Below, one piece after another: positions 28,393 through 37,525 of a stretch of 64,000 nucleotides of DNA. This DNA is from an archaeon (GTDB lineage Archaea > B1Sed10-29 > JAVZDC01): NCBI GenBank assembly GCA_038874115.1, contig JAVZDC010000001.1:138871-202870 (forward strand), given 5' to 3'. Both the position numbers and the translations under genes were made by a program. Positions within the stretch are counted from its first letter, which is position 1; each line of letters opens with the position of its first letter. The notes under the pieces are model-generated. The model ran no database searches. It was not told where the DNA came from and worked only from the letters and a program-made list of their open reading frames with translations.

Positions 28393-29220
28393 GTGAGTGT
28401 GATCGAAATGGCTGCGGATTGGGAAGATTATGAAGAAGGACGTGGATTGAAAAGATATGAAATAACAATACCTCTTTTGCTATTGATATTTGTATTTTTC
28501 ATAATTGCTTGGAAATTTAATTGGCTTGTTGGGCTTCCAGTGATAGGAGAAATTTTATATCCGAAAGCAATAAATGTTTTAATCGTTGGTAACGATTTAT
28601 CAATACAACAATCTCTTCAACAAATGCAAATAGGACTTCCAATAAACTATCATGTTCTGTCTGCTAATGAAATTCAAAATATAATATCCTCTGATTATTT
28701 GAAAAAATATGACTTGGTAATACTAACTGAATATGCGGGAAATAATCCGGGAGAACTTCCACAAATGTTTAGAAGCCACTTGGTTAAATATTTACAAGGG
28801 GGAGGAAAGTTAATCCTATATGGGGTTGCAGGAAGTATTGATCCTGAATCTCCGACAACAGATGGATGGAAACAAGAAGGTTTAAACATTTACATTCCAG
28901 TAACATGTACATCTAGACCTTGCCAAAAAGAAACTTTCTCTGCTGCAGATTTGATAATTTTAATTAGACAACCTGAGCATAGAATAGTAAAAGAATTTGG
29001 ATATTCAACAAACTTTAGTGATTCCCCTATCGAAATAACAAAAGTTAACCCTGAAAACGAGGAGGTATTTGTAATTAAAGATAATTTGACAAGAGTTGTG
29101 TATCCTGGAGTTGTAGAAAAATCATTTGGTATAACTGGAAAAACGGTGTATTTCTCATACCATCCATCAAAGCACCCAGTTATATTTAAAAACACGATAT
29201 CATATTTATTTGGGAGGTAA
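28393..29220 (+). CDS. Membrane-anchored extracytoplasmic protein, paralog 2
   Basis: N-terminal YEITIPLLLLIFVFFII TM; ectodomain with INVLIVGND...YDLVILTEYAG...GGGKLILYGVAGSIDPESP; ends in VYFSYHP...ISYLFGR. Confidence 0.45.
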   Translation: MSVIEMAADWEDYEEGRGLKRYEITIPLLLLIFVFFIIAWKFNWLVGLPVIGEILYPKAINVLIVGNDLSIQQSLQQMQIGLPINYHVLSANEIQNIISSDYLKKYDLVILTEYAGNNPGELPQMFRSHLVKYLQGGGKLILYGVAGSIDPESPTTDGWKQEGLNIYIPVTCTSRPCQKETFSAADLIILIRQPEHRIVKEFGYSTNFSDSPIEITKVNPENEEVFVIKDNLTRVVYPGVVEKSFGITGKTVYFSYHPSKHPVIFKNTISYLFGR

Positions 29221-29224
29221 TTGA

Positions 29225-30103
29225 ATGAGTGCGGAGTATTATGACTATTATGGAAATGGTGGATTTAGAAAATATTTAGAAGGGATAATTCCATTGCTGC
29301 TTTTAGCGATCATTGGGATTGTACTTTTAGGAAAAACAACATCGATCTTTTGTAATGTGCCAGTGCTTAACTCGGTATTTTGCCCAGTCAAAATAACCAA
29401 AATTGCTGTAATTGGAGACTTTGAAGCGAAAAACGTCGAAAATCCAACAGAAGTGAAAGCTCCAGAGTTCAAGAATTGGCTAGATCTCGAAGGCCCAAAT
29501 TGGAAAGTGTATTATGAAGTTTTTCCAGCAGAAGTGTTTCAATATTCAAAAGAAGCATTGCTTAAAAACTATGACATAGTGGTCATGGTGGGAGAGAGAA
29601 ACTTTACAAGAGCAGTAAAGGATGCGATAGGATGGTATGTAGACAATGGTGGAAAATTAATAATAATTGGAGATGCTGGGATATATGATCCTGGAGACGT
29701 TTTTGTGAATGGCTGGGGTGGAGAATTGTCCCGCGCGGCTCCAGTACAACTTATAGATGCAACAGGATATCAACTGAAAGAACCTGTGTTGCGTATTATG
29801 GACATCGAACACCCAATATACAAAGAAACTGCTTATGGAATTGGTGGAGCAAACTTTTCCAAATTAAAGGACAAACCGAGTTGCTATCAAGAACTAAAGA
29901 TAATTAGAATAATTCCAAATCAAGGAAAAACGATCGCAGTACTCAAAGGGAAAGACCAGCAAAATAAACCTAAGTTAGAACCAGCAGTTATAGATTCTGG
30001 AGCACTTTGGGGCGGCAGAGTAATATACTTTGCATACGACCCGGGATGCACTCCAAACGCGCTATTGAACACAATAAGATACTTAAGCGGAAAAGCAAGA
30101 TAA
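29225..30103 (+). CDS. Membrane-anchored extracytoplasmic protein, paralog 3
   Basis: N-terminal YLEGIIPLLLLAIIGIVLL TM; ectodomain with IAVIGDF...YDIVVMVGE...NGGKLIIIGDAGIYDPGDV; ends in VIYFAYDPG...IRYLSGKA. It is clearly homologous to paralog 2. Confidence 0.45.
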   Translation: MSAEYYDYYGNGGFRKYLEGIIPLLLLAIIGIVLLGKTTSIFCNVPVLNSVFCPVKITKIAVIGDFEAKNVENPTEVKAPEFKNWLDLEGPNWKVYYEVFPAEVFQYSKEALLKNYDIVVMVGERNFTRAVKDAIGWYVDNGGKLIIIGDAGIYDPGDVFVNGWGGELSRAAPVQLIDATGYQLKEPVLRIMDIEHPIYKETAYGIGGANFSKLKDKPSCYQELKIIRIIPNQGKTIAVLKGKDQQNKPKLEPAVIDSGALWGGRVIYFAYDPGCTPNALLNTIRYLSGKAR

Positions 30104-30112
30104 AATCTTTTT

Positions 30113-31861
30113 TTAATTTTTTTCTAATTCCACTCTTTTTTGTTTCTTATACATCTCTAAAATCTCTTGAACTGTAGTGGAGTCCTCCGGATTTTTATCG
30201 AACCTATGAGAAATCATTCTTGGAAAACGAAGCGCTAAGCCAGTTTCTTTTTCTCTAGCGCAAGTATGAAGCGGGCTTTTTGATATTTCATCTGCAGCTA
30301 AAGTGATTACATACTTTGGTTCAACCCAAACATCCGGAGCGAGAATTGAATTTACACGAGAAGGTTTTTTACTCACTTTAATTTTATCCAACATTTCTTT
30401 TAATTCTCTCATTTGATCCTCGGTAAAACCAGAACCAACTTTTGCGATAGTTACAAATTCATCTTTCTTATCGTCATACACTCCAGTAAGAAGCCCACCA
30501 AGACCAAATTCAACTCTTGCACCCCGACCAAAATAATATCCAAGAATAACAACATCAATAGTATCTTGCAATTCTCCTTTATAACTTCTTTTAAGTTTGA
30601 TCCAAGCAAATTTCCTTGCCCCTGCGATGTAAGGTGCACTTAGGTCTTTAGCAATTAAACCTTCCAAGCCTCGGGTTACATAATCGTTAAAAGTTGCTTC
30701 AAGTTCTTCTACAGAGTTAACGATTTTCATCTCAGAAATTTTTAAAATTCCTTTAGAATGCGCTAACATTTTTTCTAAAATTTTTCTTCGCTCAAGATAT
30801 GGCTTCTTTAATAAATTTTTCCCATCAAGGTATAAAACATCAAAAACAAATAGATTTAAAGGTAACTTTTCTGTAATTTTTTCAATGTCATACTTTCTTT
30901 TCCTCTGCATGGTAATTTGGAATGAATAATATTCGCCGGTTTGCTCGTTATAAGTCAAAGCTTCTCCTTCAAAAACAATTTGCTCATAAGGCAACTTTTT
31001 CGTTTCTTCAACTATCTCTGGAAACATATTTGTCAAATCTTCCAATCTTCTTGAAAAAATTTTGACTTTATCTGAAAGTTTATGAACTTGAAGCCTAACC
31101 CCATCGTATTTGGCCTCAGCAGCACATCTTCCAAGCTTTTTAAAAATTTCTTCAGCACTTGGCAATCTTTCAGCTAACGCAGGTCTTATTGGAATTCCAG
31201 GAGAGATCGAAATGTTCTCTAAAGCTTCCAAACCGCCCTTCCAAAAAATTTCTGCTATCAAACCTAAATCAGGACAAATATTGTAAGCATCTTCTAATTT
31301 TTCTCTTAATTTTTTGTGCCCTGCAGCCATAACGGATATAGCATCCAAAACTGTCGGATCTCCGATGCCTAACCTTAAATTTCCTGTCGGAATTCTTGCC
31401 AAATACCTCGCTTCTAATGGAGAAGCATTATTAAATAATTCGGCTAAAAGCCTTATCTTTAATTCTTGAGACCTTTCTCCAGTCCTTGTAGCAATTTTAT
31501 AAAAATTATTAAAAACGTGCTCCACAGTTAATTTTTCAAAAAAGAAACTTTTTTGTTTCTTTTTAGAGACTAACTTTTCAGCAACTAAACCAAGGTCTCC
31601 TAAAGACTTGTATTCGGATTCAACCTCTTTTTTAGAAAATCCGGTAGCTAAAGCAATGCTCTCCTCCACAAACTTTTCCCCAACACCTAGCTCTATGCCT
31701 TCAAAAGGAGAAGCAACTCTACATTGAAGAAGATAAATGATTTTACGAATTTCCTCCTGCGATGCTTTTTTTAAAAGCTCTGCAAGAATGTTTGTCATCT
31801 CTAAACGTGAAGAAGTTAATTCCAAAGAATTAAAGCATTTGGCTAAGACTTCGAAATCCAT
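30113..31861 (-). CDS. lig: ATP-dependent DNA ligase
   Basis: Adenylation motif I AEAKYDGVRLQVHK (KxDG) plus an OB domain; 582 aa. Confidence 0.85.
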   Translation of the reverse strand: MDFEVLAKCFNSLELTSSRLEMTNILAELLKKASQEEIRKIIYLLQCRVASPFEGIELGVGEKFVEESIALATGFSKKEVESEYKSLGDLGLVAEKLVSKKKQKSFFFEKLTVEHVFNNFYKIATRTGERSQELKIRLLAELFNNASPLEARYLARIPTGNLRLGIGDPTVLDAISVMAAGHKKLREKLEDAYNICPDLGLIAEIFWKGGLEALENISISPGIPIRPALAERLPSAEEIFKKLGRCAAEAKYDGVRLQVHKLSDKVKIFSRRLEDLTNMFPEIVEETKKLPYEQIVFEGEALTYNEQTGEYYSFQITMQRKRKYDIEKITEKLPLNLFVFDVLYLDGKNLLKKPYLERRKILEKMLAHSKGILKISEMKIVNSVEELEATFNDYVTRGLEGLIAKDLSAPYIAGARKFAWIKLKRSYKGELQDTIDVVILGYYFGRGARVEFGLGGLLTGVYDDKKDEFVTIAKVGSGFTEDQMRELKEMLDKIKVSKKPSRVNSILAPDVWVEPKYVITLAADEISKSPLHTCAREKETGLALRFPRMISHRFDKNPEDSTTVQEILEMYKKQKRVELEKN

Positions 31862-31911
31862 AAATTTTAAAAAATACTAAATTATAAAAAGATATCCATG
31901 CGAGGGATAAT

Positions 31912-32478
31912 TTGACGAATAAAAAGCCGGTAATAGTTGGAATCGATCCTGGATCTACGATCGGAATAGCAATTTTAAATTTCAATGGTGAAATAATCGA
32001 TCTAATGAGTGGAAAGAACTTAAGTTTGAAAGACATTGTTTTTGCGTTACAAGAATATGAACCAACGATAATCGGCACAGATAGAGTACCCGCACCAAAA
32101 ATAATTAAAAAACTATGCTCTATCTTTAAAGCTAAACTTTATCTTCCAAAAAGGCCTTTGGAAAGATTGGAAAAAAGTAAAATAATTCAAGGATACAATT
32201 TTAAAAATCAACATGAAGCTGATGCATTGGCAAGTGCGTTAAAAGCATACATGAGCTTTTCTGGAAAGATAAGACAAATAAAAAAACAAGAAGGAGCGAA
32301 TTTTGAAAATATGATAAAAAAGAGGCTTTTTGAAAAAAGATCTAGCGAAAGCTTTTTAATGGCTAAAAGTAATAATAAAAACAAGGAGGTAGATAGCGAT
32401 GACGGAGAATCAAAGCGTGATTTACATCGGAAAAAAAGGGCTAATGAAATACATTTTGGCAGCAACTCAGGCGTTTAA
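31912..32478 (+). CDS. RuvC/YqgF-like RNase H-fold domain protein
   Basis: VIVGIDPGSTIGIAIL has a catalytic-Asp context and HEADALASALKAY resembles the RuvC-family C-terminal motif. The 3' 80 nt overlap the Alba gene. Confidence 0.35.
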   Translation: MTNKKPVIVGIDPGSTIGIAILNFNGEIIDLMSGKNLSLKDIVFALQEYEPTIIGTDRVPAPKIIKKLCSIFKAKLYLPKRPLERLEKSKIIQGYNFKNQHEADALASALKAYMSFSGKIRQIKKQEGANFENMIKKRLFEKRSSESFLMAKSNNKNKEVDSDDGESKRDLHRKKRANEIHFGSNSGV

Positions 32479-32674
32479 CGCCGGTGCAAACGAAATTACG
32501 ATAAAAGCTAGAGGAAAATTAATATCTAGAGCAGTAGATGTAGCGGAAATTATAAAAAATAAATTTATGAAAGAAATAAAAGTCAAAGACATAAAAATAG
32601 GTACTGAAGAGGTTCAAAATTCAGATGGAAGCAAATCCCTTGTCTCAAACATCGAAATTGTTCTTTCAAAGTAA
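32399..32674 (+). CDS. albA: DNA/RNA-binding protein Alba
   Basis: VIYIGKKGLMKYILAATQAFNAGANEITIKARGKLISRAVDVAEII matches the Alba consensus (vIGKKPVMNYV...IKARGRAISKAVD). A strong SD (AAGGAGGT) lies 8 nt upstream of the ATG. Confidence 0.8.
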   Translation: MTENQSVIYIGKKGLMKYILAATQAFNAGANEITIKARGKLISRAVDVAEIIKNKFMKEIKVKDIKIGTEEVQNSDGSKSLVSNIEIVLSK

Positions 32675-32693
32675 AAATCTTTTTTTACTTTTT

Positions 32694-35102
32694 TTATCCT
32701 TTTTGCAGTATTGGTTTTGCAAAGATAAAATATATTGCTACTCCTATTAACACTAGAACAATACAAAGAATCAGGATTATTTTTTCATCAAGTACACTTT
32801 CCTGAAAAGAAGTTTGATTTTGACTTGTAACATTATTTTGTCCTTCGGAAGTTTTATTACCTTGAATATTTGCGGAATAATTTTGCAAAGCGATTGCAAA
32901 CCAAGAGAAATTAGATAACCTTGCTTTAAAAGTATAAAAAATATCATTTTCCCCTATCTTCTCAATCGGGATGTCGTACCAAGAGTTATTGAAATACTTC
33001 AATAAAATTATATCTTGCCAAGAAGCATTTCTTTGAGAAAGCCAGGACTTTGAGACGTTAAATTGCAAGGATAAATTACTTAAAATGGATGAGTTCGTTA
33101 TTTGAATGTCAAAAAACAAATAAACTGAATTATTTGGTGCAATAATCGATTGTGGTTTCTGGAACGATTCGGTATATTGGAATGAAACATTTCCAGAGGA
33201 GTTAAACCAAAATTCAAACAAAAATACTGTTTTGTTTTCCAAAGTAATGTTCTTTATCTCTCCTTTCTGTCCAGAGATTATTTTTGTTTGGTTTTGAGAT
33301 GCATTTCCAGACTGGTTTGTTCCCCCTCCGCCGTTACTTTGTTGCTGTTGCTCATTTGAAATAACTGCAATCGTTGTGCTGTTTGAGACTTGAGACATTT
33401 TACAAACAATTGGGCCTGAAACCGTACAATCATCTGTGGTTGCTGAAAAAGTGAGTAATAAAGTCCCCGCTACCTGAGGAATACAATTATACGTGTAAGA
33501 ATGCTCTGATTCATTCGCAGATACTAAATAACAAACGCCATTATTGAAAGTATAAGTTGGAGTAACAGATTTCTGTCCATACTTACTCCAAACAATCACT
33601 GTAAAAGTAGATCCTTTTGTCAAAGATACATAAGAAGTATTTGCGCTAATGTTTAAAAAATCGTTCAAGTTAAAACTAGAACTCACATTCGTGTAAGTAT
33701 TTTCATAAGAAAGTTTTAAAACATATATTCCACTCGGCCAGGATTGTGATCTTATTTCATATTTTTGAGAAATTAAAGCCGATGTATTTTCATCTAAAAG
33801 TGTAGAGTTCGGATAGTATACTCTGTACGAGAAGTTTGTATTTGGTGCTTGAATCCCATTTTGCGAAATATTTGAAACATTTAAGAAAAGAGAAGTTTTA
33901 TTGAAGTATACAGAACCAATATAATTTAAAGAATAATTGATTTCTCCAATCAAACCATATAAAGAACCGTTTTCATGCACTGTAATGTTTAATTGTATAA
34001 AATTAAAGGGTAAGTTATTTGGTCCAACTTCTTGAAAGGATTCTTTTGAGTTCGCAAAAGAAGAATAATCCATATACCAAGTGTTGTTGTATTTAGAAAA
34101 AACTACCTGGGAAAAACTAGTATATGGCCATGTTGATTGATTTGGAAGCCCAATCCCGAGAGCTAAAGGCAAATATTGAGCGTTTGAAGAAAAATTAAGA
34201 TACAACAAAGCTTGATTCGAAATTAAAAAATAATTTTGAGGCGGAGTTAAACTCGAAGGGTTCAATGCTTTTAAAAGAATACTGGAAGGTTCTGACTTCC
34301 AAGTTTTTAGTACCGCATAATATTTATCGATTCCGATTAAAGCAGAAAGATTGAAAAAAGTAACATCTATTAAAAAAATGTCTGCTGCGCTGCTATTATA
34401 AATAGAACATCTAAGCAAATTTATTTCAGAAGTTTGATTAACAAATATACCAATTGTAGAATTTGATACTATGTTCTCAATGATGGAACCATTCGTTGCA
34501 TTTTCAATATAAAACCCAAATTCTGCAAGACTAATGGAATTATGTAAAAAAGTGAAATTTTCCAAGTTTTTGAGGAACACGGGTTTAGAAACATGATTAA
34601 AAATATTTAAGTACGCTTCTACTCGTCCATTGGATTCAGAAAATATTCCGTACGATAAATTTTCGAACGCATTTGAAGAAATATTAAGCACTGCATTAAT
34701 GGCAAGTATTCCATAAGAGCTATTTGTAAAATTATTGTTTACACTAGATATCGGTACTTCATTTCCCGAATTAGAAATATTTATAGCGGTAGAAAAGTTT
34801 TGAAAATTACAATTTAAAAAAGAAATGTTGTTTTTACCTTCTATTAGTAAGCCTAGATTTGAACCATTTCCAAATATGAAAGTATAATTGCAATCAAATA
34901 TAAGTCCGGATGAATTTAAAACAAAAATTGGGGAAGCATTTGAAAAGACTGGCTCAGTACAGTTCAAAGTCACGTTTGTGTTGATGAAATATGTATCTTC
35001 TCCACTACTTGGACAAAAAGCATCTGAATTCACAGGAATCTCTACACAAATCCCGGAAAAAAGCATGAAAAGGAATATAGAAAATATTTTCAAATTTTTC
35101 AT
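32694..35102 (-). CDS. Large sequon-rich surface (S-layer-like) glycoprotein candidate with beta-helix repeats, a signal peptide and a C-terminal TM anchor
   Basis: 802 aa with N-terminal MKNLKIFSIFLFMLFSGICVEIPVNS and C-terminal ILILCIVLVLIGVAIYFIFAK. It has an extreme density of NxS/T sequons and parallel beta-helix-like repeats (NSISLAEFGFYIENATNGSIIENIVSNSTIGIFVNQTS). Confidence 0.55.
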   Translation of the reverse strand: MKNLKIFSIFLFMLFSGICVEIPVNSDAFCPSSGEDTYFINTNVTLNCTEPVFSNASPIFVLNSSGLIFDCNYTFIFGNGSNLGLLIEGKNNISFLNCNFQNFSTAINISNSGNEVPISSVNNNFTNSSYGILAINAVLNISSNAFENLSYGIFSESNGRVEAYLNIFNHVSKPVFLKNLENFTFLHNSISLAEFGFYIENATNGSIIENIVSNSTIGIFVNQTSEINLLRCSIYNSSAADIFLIDVTFFNLSALIGIDKYYAVLKTWKSEPSSILLKALNPSSLTPPQNYFLISNQALLYLNFSSNAQYLPLALGIGLPNQSTWPYTSFSQVVFSKYNNTWYMDYSSFANSKESFQEVGPNNLPFNFIQLNITVHENGSLYGLIGEINYSLNYIGSVYFNKTSLFLNVSNISQNGIQAPNTNFSYRVYYPNSTLLDENTSALISQKYEIRSQSWPSGIYVLKLSYENTYTNVSSSFNLNDFLNISANTSYVSLTKGSTFTVIVWSKYGQKSVTPTYTFNNGVCYLVSANESEHSYTYNCIPQVAGTLLLTFSATTDDCTVSGPIVCKMSQVSNSTTIAVISNEQQQQSNGGGGTNQSGNASQNQTKIISGQKGEIKNITLENKTVFLFEFWFNSSGNVSFQYTESFQKPQSIIAPNNSVYLFFDIQITNSSILSNLSLQFNVSKSWLSQRNASWQDIILLKYFNNSWYDIPIEKIGENDIFYTFKARLSNFSWFAIALQNYSANIQGNKTSEGQNNVTSQNQTSFQESVLDEKIILILCIVLVLIGVAIYFIFAKPILQKG

Positions 35103-35200
35103 ATTTTAATTATTACGGAGTTAAAGGCTATAAATGTTACTCTAAATCACGAAAGGTTTTTATATTTGAAAATATTAAATATAACAACGACGGTGACGGT

Positions 35201-35866
35201 GTGAACGTTGAATTAAAGATGCACTCTGGAGAATTAGAATATATTTGTGATTTGAGAAAGATATCAAATACATCTGAAAAAGAATTTGAAATAAATACGA
35301 TTTTTAAAATCATTCAAGCTTTTAGACCAAGAGACGTAAAAATACAAATTGATGATGCGTTTAAAAAAATAGACAAATTAACTTTTAACCCGACAATATC
35401 AGGACCAAATATTTTATTAAAAGATTGTTTTGGAAGAGCTTTTTCAATGTGGTTTAAACCAGTATTTTATATTCCTCTCCAAAATACTGCAAACCCTTTT
35501 GTAGTGGATCTAATCATCTTCAGAGATTTAAATAAATCCATGTATGCTTTTGACATTGAACTTCAAAGAAAACTTTACATGTATGAATTTTTATCTGACG
35601 CTATGCTTAAAGATATTAGTGCTCACCTTTTAAGCTTGCTAAAAACTCCGCTAATTTTGGTGAGTATTAAAAAAGAAATGAATCTGGAAAACTTAAAGGA
35701 ATTGGTAATTTTGAAAAATGCGATAAAACCAAAGAAAACGATAATTATTTGCGAAAGTAAGATTTCCGATGAGTTGCGTAAATATATTCCAGCAGAAATC
35801 AAAATATTAGATGATTTTAAAAATTCGGAAAAAGAATTGGAAATGATTATTCGAGAATATACTTGA
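35201..35866 (+). CDS. Hypothetical protein
   Basis: 221 aa ORF with no recognisable motif. Confidence 0.3.
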   Translation: MNVELKMHSGELEYICDLRKISNTSEKEFEINTIFKIIQAFRPRDVKIQIDDAFKKIDKLTFNPTISGPNILLKDCFGRAFSMWFKPVFYIPLQNTANPFVVDLIIFRDLNKSMYAFDIELQRKLYMYEFLSDAMLKDISAHLLSLLKTPLILVSIKKEMNLENLKELVILKNAIKPKKTIIICESKISDELRKYIPAEIKILDDFKNSEKELEMIIREYT

Positions 35867-36115
35867 TTATTTTTCTATCAACTCACGAGCTGATAAATGA
35901 AGTAAAATCTCTGTTACGTTCGGGACCTTATCTTCCAATGCGATTTTTGCTTCATTCCAAGTAAGTTTCCGTTGTAATTTTCTTTGTTCTTCAAAAATTA
36001 TATCACAAGCGATTTCCCAATTTTCTGGAGTTGAATGTTCCGTGGTTTCTTTCTTTGAACTTTGCTCAATGCTATCGTTAATTACATATTTTTTTGTAAA
36101 CCTTAGATTTCTCAT
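35867..36115 (-). CDS. Hypothetical small protein
   Basis: 82 aa; overlaps the start region of 36112..36795 by 4 nt, which looks operon-like. Confidence 0.3.
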   Translation of the reverse strand: MRNLRFTKKYVINDSIEQSSKKETTEHSTPENWEIACDIIFEEQRKLQRKLTWNEAKIALEDKVPNVTEILLHLSARELIEK

Positions 36116-36795
36116 AAATATTCCTCCTTTATTCTTTTTTGAATTTCTTCAATCGGGAGAAAAGTTACCCCTAATGGAATTCTTAATGTTTCGGCTATTT
36201 TTATCGCCAATTTATCTACGTTTGAAATATTGTGAAAGATAACTAACGCAGGTTTTAGCTTTGTAATTCTAATCGCAATCATCGGGCTTCGCCCCAATGT
36301 CACATTTGTAAAAAGTAATGCCCGTTCTGTTGTGGAACCATATATTTTTATGAAGTCGTCAGCAGGTAAATCTAATATTGCTTTTATTGAATCTACTAAA
36401 GTAAATCCGTATAAAAGTCTGCTCGAACTCTCCTCCTTTAAAGTCAATAAATCTGCGCGTATTGTTGAACAAAAAGAAGAAATTGTACACGGCTTTGAAA
36501 ATTCTAAAGCGGTGAAAATATCGCTTGTCTTTTCTCCTGCAAATTTTTTAACTACCCACCCTCCATGCTGCATATCTATTTGAATCAAAGCATTTACAAA
36601 TCTTTTTATAACGGATATTCCTGGACTCTTTCTACGATTTCCCTCGTAATCGGAAATCGTACTTGGACTTATATTCAAATATTTCGCTAATTCAATTTGA
36701 TTTATTCCAAAAATTTCTCTCCATTTTTTCATACATGCTCCTGGATTATTGGACAAAGCTATTTCTCCTGCAATTTTAACTAAAAAGTCATCCAT
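36112..36795 (-). CDS. HTH (XRE-type) transcriptional regulator with a C-terminal uncharacterised domain
   Basis: HTH region IFGINQIELAKYLNISPSTISDYEGNRR; 227 aa, an architecture common among archaeal predicted regulators. Confidence 0.5.
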   Translation of the reverse strand: MDDFLVKIAGEIALSNNPGACMKKWREIFGINQIELAKYLNISPSTISDYEGNRRKSPGISVIKRFVNALIQIDMQHGGWVVKKFAGEKTSDIFTALEFSKPCTISSFCSTIRADLLTLKEESSSRLLYGFTLVDSIKAILDLPADDFIKIYGSTTERALLFTNVTLGRSPMIAIRITKLKPALVIFHNISNVDKLAIKIAETLRIPLGVTFLPIEEIQKRIKEEYL

Positions 36796-37009
36796 ACCTT
36801 AAATATTGAACATTCTGCAATAAAAAACTTTTGTAAAAAATGAGGGAGGAGAGGAGAAAGGAAGGTCCACCGGGCCAAAAAGAGGAAGGAAACTATCCTC
36901 TCCAAAAAAGTAGATATTTTATTTTATGTGGAGGGGATATATAAAGCTTTCGGTTTGCATGAACGTTTGATGCTTCAAATTAAAAAAGGGTGATCAAATG
37001 TTAACCTGC

Positions 37010-37258
37010 TTATTTTGGAAAATTTACTACGATATATTTCCCTACCGCTCTCACATTTTCGAAAGGAATTCTTAATAGATCGTCTTCGACATAATTTTCC
37101 AAATCTCTTGAAACTTGGTCGACTCGTACAAGTAAAGCAGATATTGCTCCTCCAAGTTCAAAATCAAGATCTTCAACAACGCCAAGATCCATCCCGGTGG
37201 TGGAGACCACAGTTTTTCCGATTAGAGATTTTCCCGTAACTACGTTCATTCCAGTCAC
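37010..37258 (-). CDS. PRC-barrel domain protein
   Basis: 82 aa with LIGKTVVSTTGMDLGVVEDLDFELGGAISALLV, matching the PRC-barrel pattern. Confidence 0.45.
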   Translation of the reverse strand: MTGMNVVTGKSLIGKTVVSTTGMDLGVVEDLDFELGGAISALLVRVDQVSRDLENYVEDDLLRIPFENVRAVGKYIVVNFPK

Positions 37259-37491
37259 CTCAAAATAATTATATCATCTATCGCAACTACTCTTTCAAAA
37301 CTAAACAAATGCTCTTTTAAAGCTTTCCTTAAATCTTCCTTAGGCATTCCTTTAAAAGCACTTAAATCTTCTGTTGTTATGTATTTTATTTTACCATCTT
37401 TTGTGTCAATTAAAACTTCTTTTGCAATTCCTAAAAAAGTACTGGATTCCGAATAGATCGGTTTTTGATAGATATCCGTAAGTTTGTACAT
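37255..37491 (-). CDS. PRC-barrel domain protein
   Basis: 78 aa with MYKLTDIYQKPIYSESSTFLGIAKEVLIDTKDGKIKYI. It is in tandem with the previous gene and overlaps it by 4 nt. Confidence 0.45.
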   Translation of the reverse strand: MYKLTDIYQKPIYSESSTFLGIAKEVLIDTKDGKIKYITTEDLSAFKGMPKEDLRKALKEHLFSFERVVAIDDIIILR

Positions 37492-37525
37492 ATTATCACC
37501 CTTAAATATAATTTAAATCAAAACT

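Noticed and set aside
36961-37009. Possible C/D box sRNA (tgatgc ... gtgatca motifs)
   Set aside because: The C and D box matches are imperfect and no terminal stem was found; insufficient evidence.
37015-37239. 74 aa plus-strand ORF overlapping the PRC-barrel gene
   Set aside because: The minus-strand product has a recognisable PRC-barrel pattern; the plus-strand translation is R/L-rich junk.
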